DNA from: Tubulanus polymorphus
Taxonomy: Eukaryota; Animalia; Nemertea
DNA: 64,000 bases
Assembly: GCF_964204645.1 (NCBI RefSeq)
Contig: NC_134025.1
Span: forward strand, 30,236,299 to 30,300,298
Reading direction: 5' to 3'
Within the stretch, counting starts at the first letter, position 1. The number at the start of each line of letters is the position of its first letter. Under the pieces are notes generated by a model. That model worked only from the letters and a program-made list of their open reading frames with translations. It was not told the origin of the DNA and did not search any database. Positions 1-13,599 of this stretch are shown here, piece by piece. The position numbers and the translations under genes were made by a program.

Positions 1-3000
1 GGTACTATGATCAAATGCGGACCTTTTTCACCGATCTCGAGTAAATGCGCCAGAAACGATATCGCTTGAATTGTTTTACCCAAACCCTAAAAACAAAACA
101 AAATTTACAGCTTTCGAACACATTCTGCAAAAAAAATAAACGGTTTTCATGATTGGAAATAAAATATTTTACCATTTCATCGGCTAAAATTCCATTCAGT
201 TCTTTTCTATTCATCAATGCTAGCCAATTCAATCCTATCATCTGATACGGTTTAAGAGTTAATCTGCAATCAAATCATATTGAATCAATTCATTTTCAAT
301 TGTTTGATTCCATCCACACTTACGCAAATATCAATCTGCAACCTACACCCCTCACACATCAATTTAAACATTTTCATTATCTTCCAATTTTTCAATTGAT
401 CCCCCCAAACGCCATCTTATCAACTTCACACTGCAGATTGATACCTGTATTAATCAGATTGTAACATACTTAGGGTTAATAAGATTAGGTTGTACGACTA
501 TCTCAGCGTCCTGACCAGCATTCAGCTCTGTTTGATTCATCAGTACACTAACTGCCGATTCGATATCGTTAGAAATTTTCTCGCAAGTTTTCATCAAATT
601 GATCACTTCGTTTCGATGTCTGATCATTTGTTTCGCGCCTTCGATGATTGAATGAGACAAAATCTTCACTTGGTTTAATTTCTCTTTCTGAAATGAGTCC
701 AAATAATAATGCGTGTAAACTCAGTAACAGAACATCTCACGCTGAAAATGCGGTAGAAATCTTACCAAATCAGTATAATTTTCATAAGGTCTCGCGGCTA
801 TGATCGCTGCCGCTTTTTTCTTCGAACAATTCGGTAAAGCTCCACATTCTTCCACTGATGATTCATTGAAGAAATCGACGATAATTTTCTGCAAATCGGA
901 GTCATTTTCTGCTTCGTCCTGTCGATTGTAATTCAAAACGTAAGACTTTCATTTCAAAACGTCGACAGCTCTACCGACTTCAGGGAAAAATCATTTTACC
1001 TGATCACTGTCATCATCATCACCGGAATCATACTCCTCATCATCGTCCGGAAGTTCACCAGCAAAATGTTCGATCGTTTCTGAAGTTAAAATGAAAGAAA
1101 TAGTAACATTTATACGAAGCATTCAAATTCAGTCACAATGATCAGGATTATACTATGGCTCCAGAACCAAAATGGTCTTAAACCTAAGCATTGATTGCGC
1201 AATAAGCTGTTAATGGGTGTCTGGGTTAATGGGTGTCTTCGATTGAACTTACTATTTTTGCGTAATTCTGAGCTGCTCAATTGACAAGATTTTTTATGTT
1301 TTACAGCTAACTCATTGAGATCATCAGATTTAAAACCGTTTTGTGCTTTTCTATTTTTCATCGTCGCTTGAAGATCTTTGATACTCCACGCCTTAGAAAT
1401 ATCGAGAGAGTCTACGAAAGAAAACGATTGAAATTTCAACCTTTAAGAATATCAACAGGAATGACGAAACTACACACAATTTTAGTCACATTCTTGCCTT
1501 TTTCCTCTTTTTGTAAAGATTCAACTGCTTTATCAACATTATTACCGCACAAAGTAAGAACTTCCTTCAGTTTCTACATCAAAACAATTGACAACTATAT
1601 TTGCAGTTTAAAGTAACTACGAATTGAAAATGAGTTTGTAAGAATAATCAATAAATATCTTACATCTTTAGGTAGTTTAGGGTAAGCTCCCATTAAAAAT
1701 TCTAATTGACTATCTTCAGTAGATTGTGAATTGTCAGTAGTAGATTGAGGTAGTGTAGATTCAGTAGATTCCTGCGTCGTAACTGGTTCTGTATCGCTTT
1801 CATCCGAAAGAATCACCCTCGCTCTCTTTCGAGCTGGCGCGCTAATCTTCTCGCTATTTTGACTCGAAGCTGAAAATTGAAAAATCCGATTCATATGGAT
1901 TTTCTACAGCGCGCGAACAGTTCGTTCATTTCTATAATTCAGAAATAGAATTACTTTGAACATCGCTGTTCATCATTATAATTTTATCAACGGCGTCTTC
2001 GTAATTGTTAGCCGATCTGGCAGCGCGCTGCAGCAACATTCTCGGTTGAGTCGGGAATAATTCTTGCAATCGATCAATCATTTGTTGCAGTTCATTCGAT
2101 GTTAAACACAACCCTATCGTTAGATAGATACGTGACACAAACAGGTGCATGAATCAAACACATTGCACAAATTAAGGTCCCTACAGATCAGTGATTCCTG
2201 GATATAAGGAGTTTTAAAGAGAAAATTTCATATTTCGAGGAAGCGTCTGCATCACTTTCATATCCTGATTACAGAAGACTCCATCGAAATTGGTACCGTT
2301 CATCTCGGTTAAAGAAGGTTAAGGGCTCATTCATTTATTACGTACACATTAGGGGAGGGGAGGGGTAAATGTAATTGCGTACTGTAAAGCTTAATGTATA
2401 TGAAAAAATGGCCGATTTTGCGCGTACAGAGGGGGTTGAAAAATTCGAATTCTATGATAACGTAATAAATAAATGATCCCTAATTTTGTGATTTTATATG
2501 CAAATATTCATAATTGACAATACTGAACTCAGTTTCTAATTGGGTAACAAAAAGATCCCGCTTCAAAATGTACTGAATTAGGAATGTACAACTTCTGAAG
2601 CATCTAAATTGCCTATTTCTCAAAATTGAAAGAGTTTTACAGGAGGTTCAGGCACCTTCAAAAGTATTTTCTAATTCGAAGGAGTTTTTATGGAATCATG
2701 CAGTCGTAGGGACCCTAACAAAACACATTTTACCCAATCACCAAAAATCAAGTGGAATTTTATTACGAATTTCAGAATTAGAAAACAACATTTTTTACGT
2801 GCACGAGTGAAACATGTTAAACCCTGATTGAATACATGCAAACAAATAGATGATTAGTTTACCCTTAACCTGAACACTAAAATAATACAGAAATCTTACA
2901 AGAATGTACGGCTGGACTGTCATCATCCTTGACATCATTCTTTTCATCTTCATCACTGGAAAAATCTGCTACTTTTCTTTTCACTCGATATCTTTAAAAA

Positions 3001-3851
3001 AAAAAAAACAATAAACAGAATTTCGAGGAAAAGTTTCGGGAGGCAAAACAACAATTTCATAATTTCATCTCGATTTTAAAATACCTGGGTAATTTTCTTT
3101 GACCCTTCGAAAACCAAGGTGATGATTTACTGGTGGTGTTATCATCTGAGTCACTATCATCAATAGGATTCGAGCTTTTACCGATAACATTAGATTTTGT
3201 TTTTAGTATCGGGCTAGTCGGCTGTTGACTTGGTGGTGTTTCTGGAATCATATCAATATCTGTAAAATAAATAGGGCATAGACCTCAGGGTCAACTTTAC
3301 AACAGATTTCACCTTTTAGTTTTTTTAATTAAATTAGATTCATATATTCATTACATGATTGACTTCTTTGTGACTAATATCCTTTTATGTTTCAGGTTAG
3401 ACTAAAGGTCAAGGTTTTAATCATGTGGCCCTATTCATCAATTTCTAGAAACCTGTCTACGGTTTAGTTTCAGAATTGGATATTTTCACAAACCATTTAG
3501 CAAGAGTACGAAGGTCATTTTACTTTCAGATTTTTTGGTAGAAGCCGGACGCGAGGACGGGATGGCGTTTGTCAAAGCGTTCCACTCACAACTAATAAAG
3601 CCTAGGCCACTATTTCTAAAGATAATTCGTCAAATGATATTACCAATTGAAGGATTTGGTGAATTTGCACCATTCTGAATTCTGTTGTCAATTTCATCAG
3701 TTCCATTACAATGATTGGTTCCGTTGGCGTGGTTAGAGGCAGTGCCGCCGCTGCTACTGCTGGTTGATGGTGCATCCTCTGCCGAACTGTCTTTTTTCAG
3801 GCTAGTTTTTGGTACAAAACGGTATCGTAGTAAACTCTGGATGGAACTCAT
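1..3851 (-). CDS. SMARCAD1: SMARCAD1/Fun30-family SNF2 chromatin remodeller, multi-exon, 3' part runs off the left end of the window
   Basis: Spliced exons give a low-complexity N-terminus (ATG 3851) and two CUE-like domains ([38 protein letters not shown]; [16 protein letters not shown]|[20 protein letters not shown]). They continue into the SNF2 Q-motif/motif I: [28 protein letters not shown]|[17 protein letters not shown]...GPHLIIVP. Introns are GT-AG. Confidence 0.9.
2322..2481. mobile_element. MITE with ~21-bp terminal inverted repeats, nested in a larger imperfect-TIR element (~2175-2715) in a SMARCAD1 intron
   Basis: Left end gggctcattcatttattacgt matches the reverse complement of the right end acgtaataaataaatgatccc. 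The outer element has ggtccctac...gtagggacc ends, and its left end recurs at ~7072-7120. Confidence 0.7.
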
Positions 3852-4320
3852 GTTTCTGAAGAAATAACAAATTAATTCTTTATCTAAACGAAAAACACAC
3901 AGACTAAAAAGACTTGACTGTCAGTGATTGAATGAAGTTTAATACATTCTATATTTTATGAAGATTCCGTGAAGATTTTTCACGCAGAAATATAAAAAAG
4001 TGAAATGAGTTTTTATAACCGTACTGTTGTTTTATCCTTTCACTAATTGAGCAGTTAGTGATAATTTAGAGCGAGGAGACAGAGAGATGATAATTACACG
4101 AGTTCGCGCAATAACATCAACACCAGCCTGTAGCGCCACCCAGTACTCGCTTGCCTGATACAAACCCCAACACCACTATACTCACGTGCCACAGCGTTTC
4201 CATAATCCCATATCGACCCCGCTGACGGGGCCGGACCGAGTTGGCATTGAAATAATTAAAGGGAACTTATATCAAAATACGCTGTTATTATATTGACAAA
4301 AACGGATTATCGTAAAACCC

Positions 4321-4505
4321 ACAGTATAGCAGTCGCAATCCCCACTACTACTGATTTTGATTAACACCAGAATAGCGCTCACCGAGTCTCCACTCACTCC
4401 CACACAGTAAACAGGCAGTCTATCCCCACTCAGTACTCCCACAATAGCGGTCTATCCCCACTCCCCCAGTATAGCAGTCGCAATCCCCACTCACTCTCAA
4501 TCCCT
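4321..4505. repeat. Degenerate minisatellite upstream of SMARCAD1
   Basis: cagtatagcagtcgcaatccccact occurs at ~4322 and ~4467, with variants (gtctatccccact) in between. Confidence 0.6.
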
Positions 4506-6748
4506 ACAGATTCAGAAGTCTTTTTGAACATGCCAATATCAGCGAGCGGTTGGTTTATATTCATTGAAATATCACTATTTGGGCCGAAATAGTAGTAAAT
4601 ATTTCAATCAATGAATACAATTCATTACTGGGTCGTTGTCCGTCCTGCTGTTTCTCTCAAATTTACTCCACCATCGAAGAAATTTAGTGAACGAAAACAA
4701 CACGATTTCAAATAATACAATCAAGTGTAGTATGTATTTTGACAATGAAATATAATATAACAGTTTGAGAATGAATAGAGCTGAATACAATACACTTCAT
4801 ACGCTAAATACATTCAGATGACATGTACATATATATAAAATTTAAATATTCAATGGTCCATAGTTCAACTGTGGAATGAACTGGCTACATGTAAAGTATA
4901 GAAAATACTAATATCATTATCTATGTAGTAATAGAAACTATTTGTTTTAGAAAACCAGGTATTCATTTTCCAGAAATTGCATAAAAATGTGATTTCTCAA
5001 TAGTGTATGGAGGGATATTTCATGATCAGCGAAAACATCCAAAAAACGATGACAAAATTCTCTTCGTTAAAATGTGGCGTAATGGATGGATATTCTTACT
5101 TTGTAACAGTGAAAATCTGAATACTTGGTTAATTTAAGTAAAGTCAGTAATAATACATAAACAATAATTAATTAAAAGAATATTTTTCTGAAAGAGAGAT
5201 GTAGCACTATTCTCTTTAATAATGGTCACAGTGGTTAACATTGTAGAACATTTCAAAAGACTTTTTAACAATGATTCGATATAACAATAAGTTTAGAAAA
5301 CACATATTATTGACACGGTATAACAAAATACGTCCAAACACTTCATCATGATAAACCGTATTATGAACATGGTCAGGGAGGTGGCGCCTCTGTGCCCGTA
5401 CTAATCACTGTCTCTGTACAACGATTTGATGTCTTGAAATGCAGCAAATTAGGAATAATTTCATTCAGGCCAAGAAATAAAAGCTAAACAATATTTGGCA
5501 CACGATAAATTATGCCTACTGTTTTTTAATTTTAAACAATTTGATTAATTCTAATGATGCCATTAGTGGATTAATTCAATGAATTATGCTTCATTATCCA
5601 TTAATCTCTGAACTAAGTACCTCTTTATTATATCTTTCAATAGCCGCTAAATCACTATACTAATTTATTTGATTGTTGTCTAGGTTACGTCACGCCCGCT
5701 TAATAATGATTTTAACAATTACAAAAAAGATGTTCACATGTAGAGTAAATTGTTGTGACCTAACCACTGTACAGTTCTGTCCTTAAAGTCGACAATTGAC
5801 TATCTTTAACTTAAATGGACAATCCATACTCATTAAAACATTACTCTTAACTACTATACAAACTAATCTAATAGAAATATGTACCAATATTTTGATATCA
5901 ATGCCGGAATTGATGAAACCCGACTATGGCAGAAAACAATGAAATGGCAAAATGATGATGACATCTTTAATAATGGGGTACATTCAATTCTTGTATAGAA
6001 ATATCAAAAAATTCGATCTCATTATTTTCTATAGCTGAATAAATTCATCTGTTGACAATTTTTTTTAGATGTGTTTTACACTGAAGAAATCAAAAATCAC
6101 CAGAAAAAGCACCTATTTTGATTTCATTTTACAAATTTATTTATGTTAGTACCCCAATCTGGATTCAGTACCACAGTTCAGGTTCAGGGTGGCTACTGGC
6201 ATTGAAAACCTGGAAAACTCAGGGAATTTGATAAATTTTGCAATAAACCTGGAATTCAGACTTTTGGGATTTCATCCTATCAGGGCCTATGCTAGTCTAA
6301 AGCTATTATTCCCAAACAACGTACAGGGCGAAAATGCACATTTAAGAATAATTTTCGTCCCTTATTTTTGAGAGACGAGGATTTGAACGTCTATTTAAGC
6401 CCTTAAACCACCATCAACTCATCCAATGAAATTAAACTATTGATTAGTTGTAGGGAACCCGTAACAATGAATGGTGTATTCAGCCGAGGCCTGTGCTTAA
6501 TTTTCCCAAAGTCACTTTTCAGAATTTGCCGAGACTCGCTACAAACCCTGCTGTTTATTATTTATACCGAAGGTTTGAGTTCTAACTGTGAGAACTATGG
6601 AACTGAGTCGACTGTATTTCATAACAAACTATTGACAAGTATCCCACATTTTTACAATGCACATATACATCATATACTGTCAATCGAAATGTTTATCACT
6701 GACAGAAAAATCAATTAAGACATTAATCATTAATCAACGCGTTGATAA

Positions 6749-9700
6749 TTACGAACCGTTGATGATATTTTCGGGGATTTCCCACGTGTACGTGAACTCT
6801 TTACACACGTAAGGATTCGGTAAATCTTTTTTAGAAGTTTTCGCTTTTTTCTCATAATGCGCGATGATATCTTCGTCGGACGGACACGATTTCTGGAACG
6901 CGACCGTTTTATAAACTTCTGCGAGATATTTCCACACGTGTTCCATCGTCGACGGAATCTCGAAATCTTTATACGCCTGAAATAGAGAGAGACAATTCAA
7001 TTCTACATTCTTCTAACGCAGACAGAACAAACAACTTAAGCAAGGTTCCATTCATAAAACACATAGACGAGGTCCCTAAAAATCAGTCATTCCTGAATAT
7101 AAGGAGTTTTAAAGGGAAAAAATTTAAATTTTGAGAGGCGCAGTAGCCGAGTGGTTTAAGCCACCGGTCACTGGTCTCGTCAATCCAGGGTTTATGGGTT
7201 CAAACCCTGGTGTCGACAAGAGTTTCAAGACAAGAAACATCGAACCCGCTTATAATGCCCTGTGTGGCACTTAGCGGGTTGAGGGTGTTGATAAAAAAAC
7301 AAATTAAATTTTTTTCTCCCTTCAAATAATTGCCCCATATTTAAAAGATAAAATCCATATTTACTGTAATATTTTCATGGTAGTTATTCAGTTAAAATTT
7401 CCACATGACTCGATTAGCAGCAGTAGTTAGTAATATATGTTCTATTTTCGACTCACTTTAGCTGATATAACTAGGTGATGCAGTTTAGGAATAAGTTGAC
7501 AATCTGCGTAACTGAGGTCATCGTTCAGTAAAAACTTTGTATGAGATGTTCGCGATAGATACGTGTTCAATTTCTCCAGTGACGCTAACAGTAAACTCGG
7601 GTTGGATGTTTGATCCAGCAAAAATGCATTCAAATTCTGAAAATAAATTCATCACAAAGTCATTTATACAGTACACTATGATTGGCTCAGACGACTTCTT
7701 AAACTGTTCTACTCTGATTCATGCAATGAGGACATTCTGAAATGTGCATCAAGGCTGTTTTACCCATATTGTCCAATACGGTCTTGAATTTCAAGTGCCC
7801 CATGAAAAATATCACCGACGACCACATTTTTGCCAGCGCATTTTACCACCTGTTCATATTCTCTTGAAGCCTCTATGCCATAAAATAGTCCTAAAAATTT
7901 TCATGGATACAAAAATCGCCCATATTTCACAAAAGTACCCTTAATTTTCTTCCGATTCTGTCTAACTTTAACCGTGGATTCAGCTCTTGCTACAGGGAAT
8001 CGTTTACTGGCTAGAAAATTCATGACATCGTTCCAATGAGATCTGATTCAAGTGAACAGGTCTACTGACTGTTATTTGACAGGATTTCTGATTTCAAACG
8101 TGATCAAATGAGATAGGATAATGTTATCTATTCAGCAGTCCTTATTATTGACATGTTGGTAAATGTGGTATTCGGTTCTCAGATAAATTCAATCAATATT
8201 TGAACACATACAGCTGTATATCATACTGCGCGCGAGTGAGTACAGCAGCGACGCAGCTGATATATTTCACATGTCAGTATTTTTAAATAGCTATACATTC
8301 TCAACGCATGTATTTCGACAAAGAATTTAATTCAATTTACGTAATTTCTATTCTAGCATAAAATAGGTGCGTGCAATAACCTGAAACGTATGCAAATAGC
8401 TTTTACGTGAATAAATTAAAAGAATTCTGAATGTATATTAGTAGAACCTAATTGAGGTATTGACAATTTTGAATAATGGATGTATACATATGTACACAGC
8501 ACTGGTCATTATAGAAAGGGTTCGTAATGGATCAACAGCTGATCAAAATTCAACTACCGCTACTTTCCTTACTTATCTCGTCGAATATTCATTAAACACA
8601 CGATTCTGATAACAAAATTGTCCCCATTTTTTTTTTCAGAACGCCGGTGAGATTATGAGATTATTCTGCCAAAATGTGCAAGAAGCTAAATTATGAGGTC
8701 CTCGATAAAGATGATTTTCTAAAAGCCTTGTTTTCATAGTATCCGCGACATACTGGAGGAATTGAATACTTTATGAAGGTTTTGACTGTCCCCTCCATAG
8801 TTTGCTTCTCTCTTCATTATCAAGGCCTTGCATGAAAATTCACAGCACTATTTAAGGCACTGACGAAAGATTTCTTCAATTCACTCTGTACTTTATAAAA
8901 CCGTAATAAAACTTACTCTGTACATATTTGCTATGACCAGTTCTGCCTCAGATTCCCCGGCTGAATATTTCGCTACCGCCATCTGTTCACATTTCCAAAT
9001 ATCGAGAAAGTTTTCGAGATCATCGACTTCCAAATCCTGTTCGCCATTCGGACCGCTTTCCACTTTAATAATCGGTAGTTTTTTTCTACCGGTTAGAGCT
9101 TGATAGTCTTCAGGGGGGTTTCCGGGAGTTACGGTTTTCACTGTCAGATTGAAATAATGATTCTGATGTAAAACGTAAGCCGCTAGAAACCACTGATGAC
9201 TCGTCGGACAGGAACCTTTACTTTTTTTATCAATTAAAGACGCCTGAAACAGAAACAAGAAAACGATCGAAGAGCTGGTAAATCGATTTCAAAGCTTCAT
9301 TAAGATTTCTCTATCGCGTTCAACTAATCTATTACGATAGCTTGAATTTCCTCTTTTGATTATGTTTGTCTCGAGAAAATGTACACAAGATTTTCTTTTC
9401 CAAAAAAATTCACAGAAACAATTTCTGCAAAAGTTTGTTCAGTACGAGCAAATTTAGAGGAATGTAATGAAATATGACTAATGATATAGAAATGACACAA
9501 TCATACAGCTGTGTCATATCTCGTAGTATGTTCTATGTTATTGTATGGGTGTGTAGTTATTCAATCCCACTTGTACAACCGACCGACCAACAGATTTGTG
9601 CGCGCCAAAAATGTTCTATGAGGTAAAAACAGGTTTTAATGACCCAAATATCGTATTCAAGATGCCTCTTTACTTAAATGATTAATAGGGGCGTCCGAAA

Positions 9701-9925
9701 TTTCGTGAAATTCTTCTAATGAAATCTGGGTTGGCATCAATGAAAAGTTTGAAACAATCTCACAAAGCCGTAAGGAAATAAACGCATAAAATTCTTTTCT
9801 GAAATACCGACAAAACGTACTGAGAAGAATGAAAAAGATTAAAACAAAAGCTGAGCGTGAACCTCCGCAGAATGTAGGTCAATTATTTTTTCTAAACCTA
9901 CATTCGCACAAGGATATTCATGACA

Positions 9926-10012
<87 letters not shown>

Positions 10013-11010
10013 CTCATTAATATTTGCACAGAAATTATCAGTATTTGACCATAAATGCTTTTATCAAATCAGATAAATTCCATTTAAATCATTACATGTA
10101 TCAGGCCTATTATTGATTATAAACGTCTGTGAAAGGTATTTTTAATGCGAAAAGGCAAAAAATATTTCAAACCAAGACAACATTATGTTTGTTTACCATT
10201 GTAAACAGTTACAACTTAAAGAGTTAATATACATAACCTACTTATAACTCAAGTATCGGAGAGACTTTTAAGTGATTTTTTTATTACTTTTTAAAAAGGA
10301 TTGTTCCACTAGCTCTAGACTATTGACAACCAATTTTTGGCCCAGCCCAAGTTAACAATTTCATTGAGTCTTCAATAAAAAGTGTAAAACAATGAGTACT
10401 AAAATATAAACAATCAGTTACACGAAGAAAGTTTAAATCAGTTTAGTTTTAAGTGTTGTAGACGTTGAAATTTGAAATACCAAAAAATGTAAGAAAAATC
10501 CAGATAATTTCTTGAACGATAAACTAACTTCGAGCCAAAATTAAATTTTGGGACCCCTCTTCTTTTCTTATCCATGTACGAACTACATTCAGTCATTACG
10601 ATTCATTGGAGCCTGAACATCAACTTTTAACATAAACTTTTACTTTTTACTATTTCACGAAACAGAAGTGACCCTACTTATTACTGGCCACCTTCCGGTT
10701 ATCTGAGTTAGTCACCTAGTCGAACTAAATGAAACCGAATGTCCGTTAGTCGGAACTATATTGCGGAAATAGTTCGAAAATAAAGCGGATTCGGTTATTA
10801 GTTCCGACCACTTGTCGACTAGATACGAAAACCGAATTTTGCCAGTGCTGACAGGTAAAGACTTAGTTTATGAATATGATGTGGAACAGGTTCTGCTGGT
10901 TGGAAATTAATACTAACTGATTTAATAATAATACTTACCCTAATATATAGAAAAACTGTGTTAGGATTATTAGCTTCTCCAGTTTCATCTGTTGCTCCGT
11001 TATCTGCCAT
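6749..11010 (-). CDS. Chloride intracellular channel (CLIC/EXC-4-like), 4 coding exons (~10939-11010, 8917-9243, ~7458-7636, 6749-6976)
   Basis: VFLYIR|ASLIDKKSKGSCPTSHQWF corresponds to the CLIC N-terminal C-P-x-S motif. The C-terminal GST-fold motifs KFLLNDDLSYADCQLIPKLHHL and YKDFEIP...VWKYL...AFQKSCPSDEDIIAHY are also present. Confidence 0.88.
7133..7299 (+). mobile_element. tRNA-derived SINE in a CLIC intron
   Basis: A box TAGCCGAGTGGT (7144), B box GGTTCAAACCC (7197), a 3' stem-loop (aacccgct...agcgggtt, ~7243-7280) and an A-rich tail. The flanks aaatttaaattt / aaattaaattt resemble a target duplication. The cloverleaf is too degenerate for a true tRNA. Confidence 0.75.
9930..10006. repeat. 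(TA)n microsatellite
   Basis: Perfect TA dinucleotide run; it produces the spurious IYIYIY ORF. Confidence 0.98.
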
Positions 11011-11416
11011 TTTACTAACAGTATTAAACTTCTCTCTGAATGGACTGAAACTACCTCACAGACAGCTAATTAATCGCGATAAATCACCACTGTAACCTCG
11101 CCCAACACAACTACTGACGTGGGGGAAGCACCGTACAGTAATCACTCGCGCCAAATCTTAACCGTCAAGTGCTGCCTCTATACATAACGTAGACGGTAAT
11201 TGTGTGAACTAATTTCTTACTCGCCTGCCACAGTAGGAATGATGACCCGCTTCTCATATGGACCAGAAAACAACACAAAACCACAAATTCTTATCAAAAT
11301 AAATCAATTATTATTATCATTTTAAAAATATAACAAAATACAAATAATTTATTGTAGAAACAGTTTTAAAATCGAGTTTTCTCAGCTCAGGACGGAATCG
11401 AATCAAATGTTGTCTT

Positions 11417-12171
11417 CTATTTATCCTTTTGTCTAAAATAATCACCTATAAATAGTAAAACATACATTATCACCTGATGAGATAACGTCAGTAATTCATT
11501 AGGAGACTAAAAGCTTTATTTATACCTAATTTTTCTGTGGCTTCCACACATATACTAGGTTTCATACTTTCAGAATACGTTGACACAATAACCAACGTTC
11601 CAGTTTTGACCAATACGATACCTTGTTGTTCCTATAATAAATAAGCACAAGGTGAATTAAGAAATTCAATTTTTTTTTCTAATTTCAATTATTAAGGGGC
11701 ACCACTTACGTGTTTAAGGTATATTGAACTGCTATCAGCTCGAACACATTCATATTGTTTATCTTCATAATACATTCCTTCTTCACGGATTTGTGGGGTA
11801 TTTTTAAATGCTTCTATGAACATCTGTATCTGTTCTTCATAAAGCTGAAATGAAAATTTTTTTTATAGAATTTGTACCATTAAAAGTACAGCTTACTCGA
11901 ATAATAATATTAAAACTTGCTATATACAAATCTAAAAGATTCACAATGATCATGTCGTGTCTTTTAAATTTGTGATTTTAATTCTTGTTCAACAAAATTT
12001 GTTATTAATCTTTGATATTTGTATGTAATGGATTTAAATTGTATAATAGCTTACATTGAAACCAACTGAACTCGCTTTTAATACCGCTTCCTTACGTCGA
12101 ATTATTGCGCAGTTCTGAACATTGTCCGTACCGATCAGTGCATCGTGAATTAAACTCTGGAGTTGGTTCAT
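11417..12171 (-). CDS. PFN4: Profilin-4-like protein, 4 coding exons (12055-12171, 11710-11844, 11526-11631, 11417-11445); absent from the ORF track
   Basis: Manual splicing gives [39 protein letters not shown]|[45 protein letters not shown]|[36 protein letters not shown]|DYFRQKDK*. The motifs YxCVRAD and [13 protein letters not shown] match mammalian PFN4 as I recall it. All introns are GT-AG and in frame. Confidence 0.9.
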
Positions 12172-13585
12172 TTTTACGCTATCCTAAAAAATAAATACAA
12201 GTCAATTATCAGCTACTTATAATCAGAAACCATAGTAACGAGCAGAAAACCCACACAAACACTGGAACCTCGTCATAACAAACTTTGATAAAACAAACTG
12301 ACAATTTCAGCCAGTTTGAGAAAACTGAATTAATTTTATATTGGATGAACAAACCATCGGTTATAACTGACAGATCCCCTGAATTTAGAAGTAACACGGT
12401 AACACTGTTATCAGTAATCCTGATTAATACAGTTCCACTATAATTTCATGCTGGATATTACAAACTATTAGTTATAACGAATGAACAATATCTGGTGCCC
12501 TGACGTTCATTTTAACAAGGTTCTATACAGATATAACCATGGACTCTAAAACAAATCTTTTTAGAGTCCATGCTAAAACAAACATATTTTCTGGTCTCCT
12601 GAAGTTCATTTCAAGAGGTTGGCACTGTTATAATATCCTGATTAAAAAAGTGACACATACATGAACATTAACACTATCAGGATACTCCGTATGAAAATAA
12701 GACACTGGTATATGCCAATTGCGAACGTGTCTCAATTTCGACATTTTGCTTTCAGTTGAGCTGCTCAATAATATCTAACAGTCGTCGGTTCAGTGACAAA
12801 AATAAAACTCACATCAAACAATATCTCTATATATGAATATGCATGTTATAGGAAGAAAAAGGAAAGTGCTTTTATTGTCTGTAGAATGTGTGTGTGTGTG
12901 ATAATCAATGAATGAAAGCTTTGAGAATTCACTTTTAAAAAATCTGCAATATTGTCAATTTTGTCAATAGTGTCAATAGGTTCGTATGAAAAAATTATCC
13001 AACCGCAATAAACTGCCTTTTATATAAAACACTGAACCATACTTAAAAACGTACTTCTCAAGACCCAGTTTTACAGTTTGCGGCTAAAATTTGATTCTAG
13101 GGTTAGAACATTGGAAATGAACTAATTCTAATTCTCTAAAAACAACTTTTAAGTGTGGAACTGAGCCCAGAAGACTAGATAATTCCGTTAATTATGGTTT
13201 ATAACTAGAAGAAGTAGAATTTGTGTCAAAATTCTGGAATAATTAAATCTGAATGATTGTTATCAAATATATCGAGATTTCACTGCAGTTCCATGTTCTG
13301 GTTGATCAAATATATCAAGATTTCACTGTAGTTCCATGTTCTGGTTGATCTGGCATTTCAAAAAGATTTTTTCTGTGAACCGGATGAAAACGTGCTATTT
13401 CCACCCTATTTGTTTTCAATTTAGTGTTGTTTATTTCTACCATCTTTATCAACATTTTTACATTAAATTCAACCGCGTGTAATGAACACGGATTGCTATA
13501 TTTTCTAAATGGATACAGGAATTGCTACTTCCTGTGATTAGATCATACAAAACTGTTTTCCGCACTTCACATCAACAGCATCCGC

Positions 13586-13599
13586 GTTGTCATAGTAAC
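13586..13599. promoter_or_regulatory. RFX X-box in the PFN4/FAM228 divergent region
   Basis: GTTGTCATAGTAAC is an exact fit to the X-box consensus GTHNYY-AT-RRNAAC, inside a CpG-containing promoter-like patch. Confidence 0.65.

Noticed and set aside
7133-7220. Functional tRNA gene
   Set aside because: The T and anticodon stems are mismatched, and it is followed by a SINE-like body and A tail.
9829-10020. ORF with IYIYIY repeat
   Set aside because: Translation of a (TA)n microsatellite in an intron.
13262-13350. 43-bp tandem duplication; similar local duplications at ~22127-22265 and 35830-36000
   Set aside because: Ordinary slippage or repeat-end duplications with no further structure.
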